Assembly (NCBI GenBank): GCA_964565065.1
Contig: CAZMDD010000046.1
Coordinates: 5,479-69,478 of the forward strand
Length of the DNA: 64,000 nucleotides
Reading direction: 5' to 3'
Source: an uncultured Caldilineales bacterium
Lineage (GTDB): Bacteria > Chloroflexota > Anaerolineae > J102
Shown here in pieces: positions 8,213-18,593 of the stretch. The notes below the pieces were generated by a model. That model saw only the letters and a list, made by a program, of their open reading frames with translations, had not been told where the DNA came from and searched no databases. Both the position numbers and the translations under genes were made by a program. Each line of letters starts with the position of its first letter. The stretch's first letter is position 1.

Positions 8213-10237
8213 ATGAAACAGAACAACCTTCTAAAGCTGATTATTGGCCTTTTAGGCATAGCTCTTTTGATGAGCGCTTGTTCCGCCGCGTCGGAAACGC
8301 CTGCGCCTGCTACAGCTACAGCTACGCCTCTTCCCCCAGCTACCAGCACCCCAGAACCCACGGCGACCCCCGTACCCAGCCCTACGCCAACTCCGGCCCC
8401 ACTGAGTCCTACCCAAATTTTTGACACCGTTTCGCCCGCTGTGGCCTTCATCGATACAATCGTCGGCACGGGCAGTGGGTTCCTCATCAAAGATGGATAT
8501 GTTGTTACCAATGCTCACGTGGTATGGCCCTTTGCTGATGTGCGCATCACCTTTCCCGATGGCAGCGAGTTTATGGATACACCTGTCTTGAGTTGGGATT
8601 TGATGGCCGATATTGCGGTACTCGGGCCCATCGAGACTGAATTGCAGCCTTTGGAGCCTATCGATGGTGAGAAATCGGTTATCGGCAGCGATGTTTACCT
8701 CATTGGTTATCCCGGCGAGGTTGACGACTTCCCGCAACCCTCCATATCGCGTGGGCTCATTTCTCGGCTGAGAGAGTGGAACCGGGAAGCGATTACTTAT
8801 TTCCAATCAGATGCAGCCATTGCAGGTGGGCAGAGCGGAGGCGTTTTGGTTTCAGAATTCGGCCAAGTCATTGGTATTTCGGGATTTAGTTTTGCCGACC
8901 ACGAATTTGGCATCATTGCCTCGGCTGCCGATATTATGCCGCGAGTGCAGCGCCTCATTGATGGCGAAAATCTGGATGGCCTGCGGCGACGACCATTCGT
9001 GCAGAAAGATACGGGAAGCACCGAAGCACCTATCAAGACAGAGCAAGTGCTGGACAATAAAATCTTTGTTTTTTGGCCAGAAGTAGGAGAACGGGTACAC
9101 ATCAAACTGGAAGGAATGCCCAGTCTTATCTTTTGGATTCGTGACGCCGCTAAAAACATGCTATCCCTGGATCCAAAAACCAATCTCCCATTTTCTCGCG
9201 AGATTGAATTCCGCGCCGCCATCAAAGCCCCCTACTTCATAACTGTCCTGGATAATTGGGGGCGATGGGCCGAGGGTACGTTGGTTTCAAACGTTCCGGT
9301 AACAGTCTTCAACGATCCTGATGAAATGCGTCCTGTGCAGTTGATGGGACACACCGTGAGCGCCTGCCTTGATGTACCGGGCGATATTGATGTTTTCCCC
9401 ATCGAGCTCAAAAAGGGACAAACGATTCATGTTCGCACCGAATCGGTAATGATTGACCCACTATTGACCATTGAGCGGGCAGCAGTTTACTCGCAAGATA
9501 AACTGGCACTAGACAATGACTCGGGCGGTGGCATTTTTGGCACAGATGCCGAGTTATCCTTTACTGCACCTGAAGATGATCGCTACATTCTGGTTATCCG
9601 CGACACGAGCAATTGGAACACTGGCGGCTACTATCTGACAGTGGAGGCCTTTGAGAAAGGGCAGCCAACGCCCATTGCTCCTACGCCATTGCCGCCCTCT
9701 GTTTCAACTGATATTGGCGAGATGCGGCGTTACACCAGCGCCTTCAAACCACGATTTTCGATTCAGTATCCTGTCGAGTGGCGTCCAAAGACCGCATCCC
9801 CTCTCTGCAGTTCGCCATCTGTGACATGTTTGGGCAATGAGCTTAATGGTGTAGCAATGATGGTAATTGGTGATTATAAGGTAACTGCAGATCGGTCATT
9901 GGAAGAAGTCGCAAAACTCCTATTTTCCAATTCGATTCAGGATATTGGAGGGAGTGAACAAGAAGTCGTGACCACTTCACGAGGACACGAATTTTTGCTG
10001 ATGCACATCGCACCAGAAGATGTTGCCGTTGACACATGGATAACTCTGACATTCTACAAGAAAAAACCGGTTGTCCTTATTTTTACCAGGGCAGATGTTG
10101 ATAAATATGCTGTTGTGCAAAAACCAGAGGGGCTTGTTACGCCCGCAAATAGAGATCAAGCCTTCGAGGGAGGCGCCGAGGCTTTTGAAATTTTAGTCAG
10201 ACATATTGTCGAAAGTTTTGATCAGCCGAAGGAGTAG
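8213..10237 (+). CDS. Tandem paralog of the upstream secreted S1-like protease lipoprotein
   Basis: The architecture matches the upstream gene: lipobox LLMSAC, PT linker, TNAHVVWPF, ADIAVLG, GGQSGGVLV and GGYYLTVE. A PT linker is followed by a divergent C-terminal domain. Confidence 0.75.
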   Translation: MKQNNLLKLIIGLLGIALLMSACSAASETPAPATATATPLPPATSTPEPTATPVPSPTPTPAPLSPTQIFDTVSPAVAFIDTIVGTGSGFLIKDGYVVTNAHVVWPFADVRITFPDGSEFMDTPVLSWDLMADIAVLGPIETELQPLEPIDGEKSVIGSDVYLIGYPGEVDDFPQPSISRGLISRLREWNREAITYFQSDAAIAGGQSGGVLVSEFGQVIGISGFSFADHEFGIIASAADIMPRVQRLIDGENLDGLRRRPFVQKDTGSTEAPIKTEQVLDNKIFVFWPEVGERVHIKLEGMPSLIFWIRDAAKNMLSLDPKTNLPFSREIEFRAAIKAPYFITVLDNWGRWAEGTLVSNVPVTVFNDPDEMRPVQLMGHTVSACLDVPGDIDVFPIELKKGQTIHVRTESVMIDPLLTIERAAVYSQDKLALDNDSGGGIFGTDAELSFTAPEDDRYILVIRDTSNWNTGGYYLTVEAFEKGQPTPIAPTPLPPSVSTDIGEMRRYTSAFKPRFSIQYPVEWRPKTASPLCSSPSVTCLGNELNGVAMMVIGDYKVTADRSLEEVAKLLFSNSIQDIGGSEQEVVTTSRGHEFLLMHIAPEDVAVDTWITLTFYKKKPVVLIFTRADVDKYAVVQKPEGLVTPANRDQAFEGGAEAFEILVRHIVESFDQPKE

Positions 10238-10352
10238 CAAGAAGCAGTCCGTCAGCATCCTCTCTGCTTTTCATTTCCCTGCCGGAACGTGGTATACTTT
10301 TGCCACGCAAGACCGGCATTACTGCCAAGACCCCATCTCCCCGAAATCTCTT

Positions 10353-10898
10353 ATGAAAGAAAACCGTTATCAACCAAGAAAACGACAGCAGCGCCCGCAA
10401 TCACCCTGGGCGGCTCTGCTTATTCCCTTCCTGGCCATTGTCATCACTGGCGCCCTGTTTTATGTGCTGGCAACCATGCTGGGAGGTGGCGTCGCACCCG
10501 TGCCCACACCTACACAGGCGCAAGCTGTTTCCCAGGCCGAAGCACAGTCCTCGCCCACGCCCACGGCTGCGCCCGACACGCCCACGCCCACGCCCGAGAC
10601 GCCTACGCCCGTGCCCACGCCTACACCCACACCCGCGCCCGCACCCGACGTTTTACAAGTCGGAGGCAAAGCCACGGTCAACGCTGAGGCCGGCCTGCGG
10701 GTGCGCAGCGGGCCCGGAACCAACTATGAACTGGTGATTACTTTGCCTTATGCCATGGTTGTGAAGGTGGTCGATGGCCCCAACCGCGCGGATAGCTACA
10801 CCTGGTGGCAAATCGAATTCTCGACACCTGATGGCGAGAAACAACAAGGCTGGGTTGCTGGCGATTTCCTTGATCCCGGCATTCAAAATTACAATTAG
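10353..10898 (+). CDS. Membrane-anchored bacterial SH3 (SH3b) domain protein
   Basis: It has a TM helix, a PT-rich linker and a C-terminal SH3b-like domain (GLRVRSGPGTNYELVITLPYAMVVKVVDG...WWQIEF...GWVAGDFL). The start is placed at the ATG at 10353. Confidence 0.6.
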   Translation: MKENRYQPRKRQQRPQSPWAALLIPFLAIVITGALFYVLATMLGGGVAPVPTPTQAQAVSQAEAQSSPTPTAAPDTPTPTPETPTPVPTPTPTPAPAPDVLQVGGKATVNAEAGLRVRSGPGTNYELVITLPYAMVVKVVDGPNRADSYTWWQIEFSTPDGEKQQGWVAGDFLDPGIQNYN

Positions 10899-10921
10899 CA
10901 CCCCCCTCAAAATAATTAATT

Positions 10922-11002
10922 GATGTTACGCAAATGACAGCCCTTGACCTTTAATCTTTTGCCACGAAGGCTCGAAGGTGACGAAGAGTTGATGCGTAAC
11001 AT
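10922..11002. repeat. A 10-bp perfect inverted repeat (ATGTTACGCA...TGCGTAACAT) flanks a CGAAG-rich core. It may be a strongly eroded, miniaturised relative of the MITE.
   Basis: Seen in sequence. The ends resemble the MITE terminal inverted repeat (AATGTTACGAC versus ATGTTACGCA), and the interior GCCACGAAGGCTCGAAGGTGACGAAG resembles the MITE core CCACGAAGACACGAAG. Confidence 0.3.
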
Positions 11003-11025
11003 GAGTAATGAAGAACGTCCGGCTG

Positions 11026-12132
11026 TTACAGGCTCGGGCGTTTTTTGTTGCTCGTTCTAATACGTTTGCGCATGTTCACCATGACCAGCACAGACTCGAA
11101 TCCCAGCGCCAGCAAAGCATCGATGGCTGCTTGCTGGTAATCGTGCAGCGTAACATGGATGGGGCGGGCGGGTTGCATTTGCAGATAATGCAGCGCGTGC
11201 ATCAGCAGGGGGGCACTCCATGCCTGACGCAACGCCGGATGCAACAGCAAATCAATGCGATGCCCATTATTCTGCATCACATCCACATCCAGCACGCCCA
11301 TGATTTCTTCGCCAGCAAACACCCCCCATCGCACCTTGTGCCGCAAACTCAGCCAACGGCTCAACGCCCGCTGCCAGCCGGGCGAACTGCCCTCGTGAAA
11401 ATAGCGCGAGCGATGCGGAGCCCACCATCGGGCCTCGGCAGGCACAACACGATTGATGAGATAACGCACAGCGTGCCAGTCATCGTCGCACAGCATGCGC
11501 AGCTCGTAGCCGGTGGGCAACGAAAATGCGGGCAGCTCGGGCACCCTTTCGACACGCAAACGATGTTCTACGACAAGAGGTTCAAAACTCAGACGCTGAT
11601 ACATGCCCAACGCAATAGCATTACTGGCCCGCACCTGCAGCACCGCCCATTGTCCCCCTTGCTCGGCAATATAATCCAGCACCATCTTCATCAACTGGCT
11701 GGCAATGCCTCGCCCTCGCCACGCTTCATCTACCGCCACATTGGCAATAAGATAACGTCCCGGAAAACGGGGCACAGGCTGCGTAGTGACATTGGCCACC
11801 ACTGTCCCTGTCTCCTCCCACACAAACCCGTCCATAATATCCTGAGGCCGACTTCCTGCTGGCAGAAAAAAATTTAGCAGCGGGCCAAATTGTGCTGTCA
11901 GACGTAACTCACGCAGCGCCGCACGCCCGGCATCATCCATCTCGGGCCCGAAAGCCTCGCCGATAATGTTGACGATGGACTTCAGGTCACGCCGAAAATC
12001 CAGGGGACGAGGACCACTTTTGGGGCCTTCGCGTGCTGCGTGAATGCTAATCATGCGTGAAGTTGGGGGGGGCGGTATGACCTCATGGATACCTGAACAT
12101 GAAACGAGGACGATGAAGGAATCACCGTCCAT
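11026..12132 (-). CDS. GNAT family N-acetyltransferase (two-domain)
   Basis: It has an acetyl-CoA binding motif (VDEAWRGRGIASQLMKMVLDYIAEQG) and a second GNAT-like half. The true start may be the internal Met near 12054. Confidence 0.65.
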   Translation of the reverse strand: MDGDSFIVLVSCSGIHEVIPPPPTSRMISIHAAREGPKSGPRPLDFRRDLKSIVNIIGEAFGPEMDDAGRAALRELRLTAQFGPLLNFFLPAGSRPQDIMDGFVWEETGTVVANVTTQPVPRFPGRYLIANVAVDEAWRGRGIASQLMKMVLDYIAEQGGQWAVLQVRASNAIALGMYQRLSFEPLVVEHRLRVERVPELPAFSLPTGYELRMLCDDDWHAVRYLINRVVPAEARWWAPHRSRYFHEGSSPGWQRALSRWLSLRHKVRWGVFAGEEIMGVLDVDVMQNNGHRIDLLLHPALRQAWSAPLLMHALHYLQMQPARPIHVTLHDYQQAAIDALLALGFESVLVMVNMRKRIRTSNKKRPSL

Positions 12133-12141
12133 CGTTATTGC

Positions 12142-13899
12142 TTAATCAATTTGCAGATGCAACTCTTTAAGCTGGCGGGCGTCGATGGGGCTGGGGCTGT
12201 TGAGCAGTAAATCGGTGGCCGATGCCGTCTTGGGGAAAGCAATCACCTCGCGAATACTCTCTTCCTTGGCCAAAATCGCCACCAGACGATCCAGGCCCAG
12301 AGCGATACCACCATGAGGAGGCGCCCCAAAGCTGAAGGCCTCCAGCAAGTGACCGAATTGCGCCTGTGCCTCTTCTTCGGAGATGCCCAGCGCTCGGAAC
12401 AGCGCACTTTGATGTGCCGCATCATGGATACGAATACTGCCACCGCCAATCTCCATGCCATTGCAAACCACGTCATAGGCATTGGCCAGCGCTTCGCCCG
12501 GAGAACTTTCCAGCAAGGGCCAATGCTCCTCTTTGGCGCTGGTAAAGGGATGATGAACGGCTACCCAGCGCTCCTCATCCTCGTTCCACTCCACCAGCGG
12601 AAAATCAACCACCCAGCACAGAGCCAGCGTGTTGGGGTCGGCCAGGCCCAGCTCTGCGCCCAAATGGGTGCGCAGCATACTCAGGGCATCTGCCACCACC
12701 GAAGCTTTATCCGCCACGGCCAAGATGAGATCGCCCTGGTTGGCGCCAGTCAGGCGGATAATCGCCTCTTTTTCATCCTCTGTCAGGAATTTTGTAATAG
12801 AAGAACGCAGGCCATCAGCTTCGACCTTGAGCCAAACCAGCCCTTTGGCCCCGCGCGATTTCACCATCTCGGTCAAACCATCAATCTTTTTGCGCGAGAA
12901 TGATGCCGCGCCCGGCACGCACAACGCCTTGATTTGTCCGCCCGCTTTGGCGGTGCCGGCAAAGACACCAAACTTGCTTTCTCGCACGGTGTCGGTGAGA
13001 TTAATCAATTCCATGCCAAACCGCAGATCGGGGCGGTCGATGCCATAGCGCTCCATCGCTTCGTGATAACTCAGCACCGGGAATGGTTGCTGTTGTATTT
13101 TCATATCGCTATGCTGCTCGATGAGCTGCGTAAGCATGGTTTCGATGAGTTCCTGCACATCCTGACTCTCGACAAAGGACATTTCAAGATCAAGTTGCGT
13201 GAATTCCAATTGCCGGTCTGCACGCAGGTCTTCATCCCTGAAGCAGCGGGCGATTTGATAGTAGCGCTCAAAACCTGCAACCATGAGCAATTGCTTCATC
13301 TGCTGGGGAGATTGCGGCAGGGCAAAAAATTTGCCGGCATGAAGACGGCTGGGCACAACAAAATCGCGGGCGCCTTCCGGTGTGCTTTTGAGCAGGATGG
13401 GCGTTTCGATGTCGATGAAACCGTTGGCATCCATGTAGTTGCGAATAAAGGTAGTGATTTTGTGCCGCAGTATCAAGTTTTTTTGCATGCGCTCGCGGCG
13501 TAAATCAAGGTAGCGATATTTCAGCCTGACCTCATCACGAACATCGGTCGATTCGTTGATGGCAAAGGGCGGTGTGCGAGCGGCATTCAGAATTTTGAGG
13601 TCACTGATGGCCACTTCGATTTCGCCGGTGGCCAAATCAGGATTGATGAGGCCTTCGGGACGGGCCAGAACGTCACCGGTGGCCTGAATCACGTACTCGC
13701 TGCGTACCTCTTCGGCGATTTTGTGGGCCGCTGCCGAGATTTCGGCGCTGAGGACAACTTGCACCAGGCCCGAGCGATCCCGTAAGTCGAAGAAGATGAG
13801 CCCGCCATGATCGCGGCGCCGATGTACCCAGCCAGCCAGGGTAATCGTTTGACCAACATTTTCTTTGCGGAGTTCTCCGCAGTTCATTGATTTGAGCAT
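12142..13899 (-). CDS. aspS: Aspartate--tRNA ligase (bacterial type)
   Basis: It has a canonical AspRS N-terminal OB fold ([39 protein letters not shown]) and class II motifs ([19 protein letters not shown]). The start is the ATG at 13899, preceded by GGAGG. Confidence 0.9.
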   Translation of the reverse strand: MLKSMNCGELRKENVGQTITLAGWVHRRRDHGGLIFFDLRDRSGLVQVVLSAEISAAAHKIAEEVRSEYVIQATGDVLARPEGLINPDLATGEIEVAISDLKILNAARTPPFAINESTDVRDEVRLKYRYLDLRRERMQKNLILRHKITTFIRNYMDANGFIDIETPILLKSTPEGARDFVVPSRLHAGKFFALPQSPQQMKQLLMVAGFERYYQIARCFRDEDLRADRQLEFTQLDLEMSFVESQDVQELIETMLTQLIEQHSDMKIQQQPFPVLSYHEAMERYGIDRPDLRFGMELINLTDTVRESKFGVFAGTAKAGGQIKALCVPGAASFSRKKIDGLTEMVKSRGAKGLVWLKVEADGLRSSITKFLTEDEKEAIIRLTGANQGDLILAVADKASVVADALSMLRTHLGAELGLADPNTLALCWVVDFPLVEWNEDEERWVAVHHPFTSAKEEHWPLLESSPGEALANAYDVVCNGMEIGGGSIRIHDAAHQSALFRALGISEEEAQAQFGHLLEAFSFGAPPHGGIALGLDRLVAILAKEESIREVIAFPKTASATDLLLNSPSPIDARQLKELHLQID

Positions 13900-14049
13900 A
13901 ATAATTCCTCCGAAAAATAAAAACCGCAGGCAGAAACGGCATCCGCGCGGCAACATGACGCATTATAAGTCGAAACTGTTGTGCTGGCAAGCTACCCTAT
14001 AAATAGCGCGGGCGTGGTCTGCAAAACGCTGCCAAATCGGGCCTGCAGA

Positions 14050-14208
14050 GTAACGACTAACGTACCCGACTTCAATCACCACCAAGGCGCAAAGACACTA
14101 AGAACACCAAGCATTTCAAAGCTTTTTCTTTTCTTCGTGCCTTTGTGCCTTTGTGGCTTCGTGTCTTCGTGTCTTCGTGGTTTCTAGCCGGGCTACCTTA
14201 GTCGTAAC
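14050..14208 (+). mobile_element. MITE copy 2 with a near-perfect 8-bp target-site duplication (CCTGCAGA / CCTGCGGA)
   Basis: The terminal inverted repeats are GTAACGACTAA...TTAGTCGTAAC. The interior carries an extra CTTCGTGT unit. The flanks match in 7 of 8 positions. Confidence 0.8.
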
Positions 14209-14221
14209 CCTGCGGACCTCT

Positions 14222-15220
14222 TCATACGGCGGTGCTGGTGTCGCTGTTGGCCCGGGCCTGTGTGATGGCCACAATCTTCTCTTGCAGGGCCATGATCTCT
14301 TGCTCGAGATGAGCCCGGTTCGGGCCCGTTTGCTTGTTGAGACGATGCCGCCGCAGCGCCAGCTCGGCAACGTATTGATACAATCGGTTCTCCCGCCGCT
14401 CCCCGCTATCCAGCCACGGAAAATCGGGGATGAACCGCTCCCGCGGGGGCCAGATTGCGGTCAATCGTTTGCGATCCACCGCATTGAGCACCGCCCCCTC
14501 GGTACTGGCGAGATAAGCCTGAATGATGCGTCGTTCTCGCTGCAAGGCCACCAGAATCAGCGTGAAGAAGGCTAAGGTTCCACCCCAATTTGCTGCCAGG
14601 CTCAGCACCAACAGCAGAGGCTCAGATCCAGCCTGCGTTACAGAAAAATTGTGTATCCCATGAAAAAACATAGCCAGCCCCAAACCGAAGATGAGCACCA
14701 GGCCACGCCCCAGCTTGGCACCGAATCCCATGCTGAGGGCCACGGCGGCCCCAAAAGTCGCTGTGTACAGCAAATGATTCAGGCCGAACACAAAGGCCCG
14801 CAAAAAGATGGTTAAAGCCAGCGCACCAGCACTTTCGGATGACATAAAGTAGAGGAAGTTTTCAGTCATGGCAAATCCAGCTCCCACCAGAGCTCCGTAA
14901 ATGACACCATCCAGCACACCATCAATCTCGTGTCGGGAGAAACGGAGCAGGCCCAAGAGTGCCAAGCCCTTAAACGATTCTTCGACAAATGGGGGAATGA
15001 CCGCAGCCTGCACCAGCGAGTGAGCCGCTTCACCTCCGCCCAGCGGGGCTCCCATGAGCAGCTCGGTCACCAGCGAAAGGAGGATAGCTGGCACTGCGCC
15101 CCACATGAACGCGGCAATAATCAGGGCAGTGGGTTCACGCTCGTAACGATCCAGCCACCACAGCAGCCAGATAAGAAAGAGGGTGGGCAGTAGTGCAGCT
15201 AGTAACGAAAAGAGGCACAT
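14222..15220 (-). CDS. PrsW-family intramembrane metalloprotease
   Basis: A polytopic membrane protein with the PrsW motifs EESFKGLAL, GFAMTENFLY and HGIHNF. Confidence 0.7.
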   Translation of the reverse strand: MCLFSLLAALLPTLFLIWLLWWLDRYEREPTALIIAAFMWGAVPAILLSLVTELLMGAPLGGGEAAHSLVQAAVIPPFVEESFKGLALLGLLRFSRHEIDGVLDGVIYGALVGAGFAMTENFLYFMSSESAGALALTIFLRAFVFGLNHLLYTATFGAAVALSMGFGAKLGRGLVLIFGLGLAMFFHGIHNFSVTQAGSEPLLLVLSLAANWGGTLAFFTLILVALQRERRIIQAYLASTEGAVLNAVDRKRLTAIWPPRERFIPDFPWLDSGERRENRLYQYVAELALRRHRLNKQTGPNRAHLEQEIMALQEKIVAITQARANSDTSTAV

Positions 15221-15225
15221 GAGAG

Positions 15226-15894
15226 TCAGCGGCTAAACTTTTTATAGATTTTGGCCCAGGTGGAGTAAAGTCGCACAAAGCTGTGGCTGCGCCGACCTTG
15301 AATTTGCGCCCGGGCCAGACTGCGCCGAAAGCTGTCGGCATCGTGGAAGGGAGACATGAGTAGGGTGGCTGTACCAATTTCGGTGGGGGAGTGGGCGTCG
15401 CTGCCAGCCGTTTGCAACTTGTCATAACGTTTTGCGAAATCCAAAGCCTGTGCATTGTCCGATTGCCGCAAGCAGCGGGCATTGAGCACTTCCAGCGCAT
15501 CTACCTGTTGGATGATGCGTGAAAGCACACCCGGGCCCACTGCAGAGCCCATGCGCAGCGTGTCGAGAGGGTGGGGGACGCCGATGACTGCGCCCTGGGC
15601 CCGTAAACGCTGCAAGGTTTCATCCATGGAAAGTCCGCGGGGGATGGGGGAGGTCATAAACCAACCCAGCAGCTCCCCTTCGGCTGTTTTAATTTCTTCG
15701 CCGGGGATAACCAGGTCGGGAGCCAGGGCTTGTACTGCGGCAATGCCCGCCATGGTGTTATGATCGGTAATGGCCAGCTTGTCGATGCCGCGTTGGCGAC
15801 AGGCTCGCACAATGGCTTCGGGCGAGGCCAATGAATCATAAGAGGCGCGGGTATGGCAGTGCAATTCCACCCGCCACTGTTTTTTAGTCTCCAT
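15226..15894 (-). CDS. PHP (polymerase/histidinol phosphatase) domain metal-dependent phosphoesterase
   Basis: Its motifs are ELHCHTRASYDSLASP, ITDHNT and GSDAHSP. The start is the ATG at 15894 (METKKQW). Confidence 0.7.
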   Translation of the reverse strand: METKKQWRVELHCHTRASYDSLASPEAIVRACRQRGIDKLAITDHNTMAGIAAVQALAPDLVIPGEEIKTAEGELLGWFMTSPIPRGLSMDETLQRLRAQGAVIGVPHPLDTLRMGSAVGPGVLSRIIQQVDALEVLNARCLRQSDNAQALDFAKRYDKLQTAGSDAHSPTEIGTATLLMSPFHDADSFRRSLARAQIQGRRSHSFVRLYSTWAKIYKKFSR

Positions 15895-16001
15895 GCCCGA
15901 AGTATAGTCGATTGCCAGGTATGCGGCAAAAAAGTCTGGAGGAACAAGTTTCGTGGGCTTCTGCAATTCGTGTTAAAATGAATTCCTAGCCTATTTCATT
16001 C

Positions 16002-16143
16002 GTAACGGCTAACGTACCCGACTTCAATCACCACAAAGGCACAAAGACACTAAGAACACCAAGCATTTCAAAATTTTTTCTTTCTTTGTGCCTTTGTGGC
16101 TTCGTGTCTTCGTGGTTTCTAGCCGGACTACCTTAGTCGTAAC
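16002..16143 (+). mobile_element. MITE copy 3, with GGC replacing GAC in the left terminal inverted repeat
   Basis: GTAACGGCTAACGTACCCGAC...CTTAGTCGTAAC. The interior is highly similar to the other copies. No clean 8-bp target-site duplication is present, although AGCCTATT(T)CATTC recurs on both sides. Confidence 0.75.
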
Positions 16144-16186
16144 ATTTATAGCCTATTCATTCTCTCTCATCCTGGAGTTATTCTTT

Positions 16187-17134
16187 ATGCGATCCCAAGA
16201 AAAATTTCCTACGTTGGCATGGTGGACGCTAGTACTCAATGTTTTTGTATCGCTGTGGGGCGCAGTGGTTCGGGCCTCGGGCTCGGGCGCTGGCTGCGGT
16301 GCACATTGGCCGACCTGCGATGGTGAAATCGTGCCAGGCCTGCAAAGCGCGGCCCAATGGATCGAGTACACCCATCGCCTGAGCAGTGGGTTGGCCTTGC
16401 TGGCGGTGTTGTGGATGCTGGTTTGGGCTTATCGGGCCTATGCGCCCGGACATCCGGTGCGCAAAGGTGTCACCCTGGCCATGGCCTTTATGATTTCGGA
16501 ATCCTTGGTGGGGGCTATGCTGGTACTTTTTGGCTGGGTCGAGGCAGATGATTCGTTACCCCGTGTTTACATCATGGGGGTGCATCTAACCAACACATTG
16601 ATGCTGCTGGGTTATATTTTTCTTACCGCTTATTGGGCCTCTGGGCGCAAGAATTTTGTTTATCGGGGACAAAAGCTGTTGGGATGGCTACATGGAACGG
16701 GCGGCTTGTTGGGGCTGGTGCTGGTGGTTACCGGCGCCATTATTGCCCTGGGCGATAGTTTGATTCACACCATCGGCCTCACGCCTGAGCAATCCCCGGT
16801 GGTGGCTGGCATTTTGACCATGCGCCTGACCCATCCCTACACCTCCATCGCTGTGGGTGTGCTGTGGATGTTTATTGCCCGCTACTCCGTTTTGGCCCGC
16901 CCCGATAACGAACAGGTGCGCAAGGCGGCCTGGGCACTGACCTGGCTCATCGTGGCCACCTGGGCCGCGGGGTATGTCAACAACTGGTTGCACGCGCCCA
17001 CGTGGCTGCAAGTGGTGCATCTACTTTTGGCCGATTTGTTCTGGCTGGGTATTGTGTGGCTCAGCGCAGAGACACTTTCGGAGGATGAGCCGTTGGCCCC
17101 GCAGGTCGCACTGGCCGATGTTTTTCAGCAGTGA
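16187..17134 (+). CDS. ctaA: Heme A synthase (CtaA/COX15 family)
   Basis: A polytopic membrane protein with the CGAHWPTCDG cysteine motif and conserved His-containing helices. The start is the ATG at 16187, after a GGAG. Confidence 0.8.
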   Translation: MRSQEKFPTLAWWTLVLNVFVSLWGAVVRASGSGAGCGAHWPTCDGEIVPGLQSAAQWIEYTHRLSSGLALLAVLWMLVWAYRAYAPGHPVRKGVTLAMAFMISESLVGAMLVLFGWVEADDSLPRVYIMGVHLTNTLMLLGYIFLTAYWASGRKNFVYRGQKLLGWLHGTGGLLGLVLVVTGAIIALGDSLIHTIGLTPEQSPVVAGILTMRLTHPYTSIAVGVLWMFIARYSVLARPDNEQVRKAAWALTWLIVATWAAGYVNNWLHAPTWLQVVHLLLADLFWLGIVWLSAETLSEDEPLAPQVALADVFQQ

Positions 17135-17182
17135 TGGCGGGGAGGGCGGGGGACTCGCAGCATCCCTGCCCTCCCATTGCTT

Positions 17183-17222
17183 GTGTCTTAGTGGTTTCTA
17201 GCCGGGCTATCTTAGTCGTAAC
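17183..17222 (+). mobile_element. Partial MITE copy 4 (right-end fragment only, about 40 bp)
   Basis: GTGTCTTAGTGGTTTCTAGCCGGGCTATCTTAGTCGTAAC matches the 3' terminal 40 bp of the element. It lies just upstream of the avtA stop. Confidence 0.55.
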
Positions 17223-17224
17223 AT

Positions 17225-18478
17225 TTATTCCAAAAACGCGCGACGGGCTTCTTCGGCAATAATCTGAATGCCCGCTCGCACCGCATCTGCTGCGGGCGCG
17301 TAGCTCACACGGATGCACTCGAATTGGTGCTGCCACGGCTCTTGTAGACCGGGGAAGAAGTAGTGACCGGGCACGATGATGACACCGCGGGCCTTGAGAC
17401 GCTGATACAACGCTGCGCTGCCAATGGGTAGGCCTGGAAACCACAGCCACAGGAAGAATGCGCCTTCCGGTTTATGAATGCGATACGGCACATCTCCCAT
17501 GGTTTGAGCAAACCAGGTGAGTGCTTGCTGCGCCTTGGCCTCGTAAAATGGGCGAATCACCTGCTGCCCCAGTTGCAAAATCTCGCCGGAGCGGGCCATA
17601 TCCACCGCAATGCCCGCCCCCATGTTTCCTGGAGCCAGACTGGCCACTGCGTTCATACTGGCAATGGCGCTGGCGACTTCGGCATTAGCAATCACAATGC
17701 CGGTACGCGTGCCTGGTAAACCCAGCTTTGAAAGGCTTAGCAGCAGGATGATGTTGTCATCCCACACAGGCTTCGCCTCGGTAAAGATGATGCTGGGGAA
17801 GGGCGTGCCATAAGCGCCATCGATGATAAAGGGTATGTTCCGGGCCCGGGCCAGTTGTGCCAGTTGGCTGATTTCGTCATCGGTGAGAACATTGCCGGTG
17901 GGATTGGTGGGGCGGGATACACAAATTGCACCAATATCATCGCCGATGTGGAGTTGACTAAAATCGACATGATATTTGTAAAGCACGTCGTCAAGGTATT
18001 CGATGCTGGGGCGGGCCGATACAAAGAGGTTTTGGGCGATGCCGGTGTCGGCATAACCGATGTACTCGGGCGTCAGGGGCAGCAGGATGCGCTTGAACGC
18101 GCCATCGGCTGTTTCGCCGCCGAACATGTTGAAAAGATAAAAGAAAGCGGTCTGGCTGCCATTGGTCAGGGCGATGTTTTCCGGGCCCAGAGCCCAGCCA
18201 TATTGCGCACGCAGCAAATCAGCCAATGCCTGCCGAAAATCCAAATTCCCCTGAGGCGGGCCATAATCGCTGATAATGCGATCGAAGCGCTCTTCATTGC
18301 GCAAAATTTCGTAGGTGTGTTGCCGCAATGTTTGCTGCATTTGCGGAATTTTGGCCGGATTACCACCGCCCAGCATGATCATAGGCTTGTCGCTGCTCAG
18401 TGCTTCGCCCAAATCATCCATCAATTGCAAAATGCCCGATTTGGCGGTGAATTTTTGACCAAGTTTTGATAATTGCAT
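17225..18478 (-). CDS. avtA: Valine--pyruvate (alanine-valine) aminotransferase
   Basis: The 417-aa protein resembles E. coli AvtA. The match is close along the N-terminus ([48 protein letters not shown]) and at the PLP lysine context SLSKLG. Confidence 0.85.
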   Translation of the reverse strand: MQLSKLGQKFTAKSGILQLMDDLGEALSSDKPMIMLGGGNPAKIPQMQQTLRQHTYEILRNEERFDRIISDYGPPQGNLDFRQALADLLRAQYGWALGPENIALTNGSQTAFFYLFNMFGGETADGAFKRILLPLTPEYIGYADTGIAQNLFVSARPSIEYLDDVLYKYHVDFSQLHIGDDIGAICVSRPTNPTGNVLTDDEISQLAQLARARNIPFIIDGAYGTPFPSIIFTEAKPVWDDNIILLLSLSKLGLPGTRTGIVIANAEVASAIASMNAVASLAPGNMGAGIAVDMARSGEILQLGQQVIRPFYEAKAQQALTWFAQTMGDVPYRIHKPEGAFFLWLWFPGLPIGSAALYQRLKARGVIIVPGHYFFPGLQEPWQHQFECIRVSYAPAADAVRAGIQIIAEEARRAFLE

Positions 18479-18593
18479 AAATCCTCCTGATTAGATGTCC
18501 TGCCTGTATCGTTACGTTGCGACTGTGACTTGCTATTTTACCCTCTTTGCGTGAATTTGCAGAATTAGCCGCGTATCGATAATAATGTGAACC

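Noticed and set aside
8203-8511. Antisense ORFs rich in GVGVGVG / RPRPRP (8203..8511 -, 10438..10737 +, 10460..10723 -, 25068..25433 +, 41050..41400 -, 45378..45599 +, 58001..58267 -)
   Set aside because: These are reverse-strand or frame-shifted readings of the ACNCCNACNCC codon repeats that encode PT-rich linkers in the genuine genes. They are low complexity with no coding signal.
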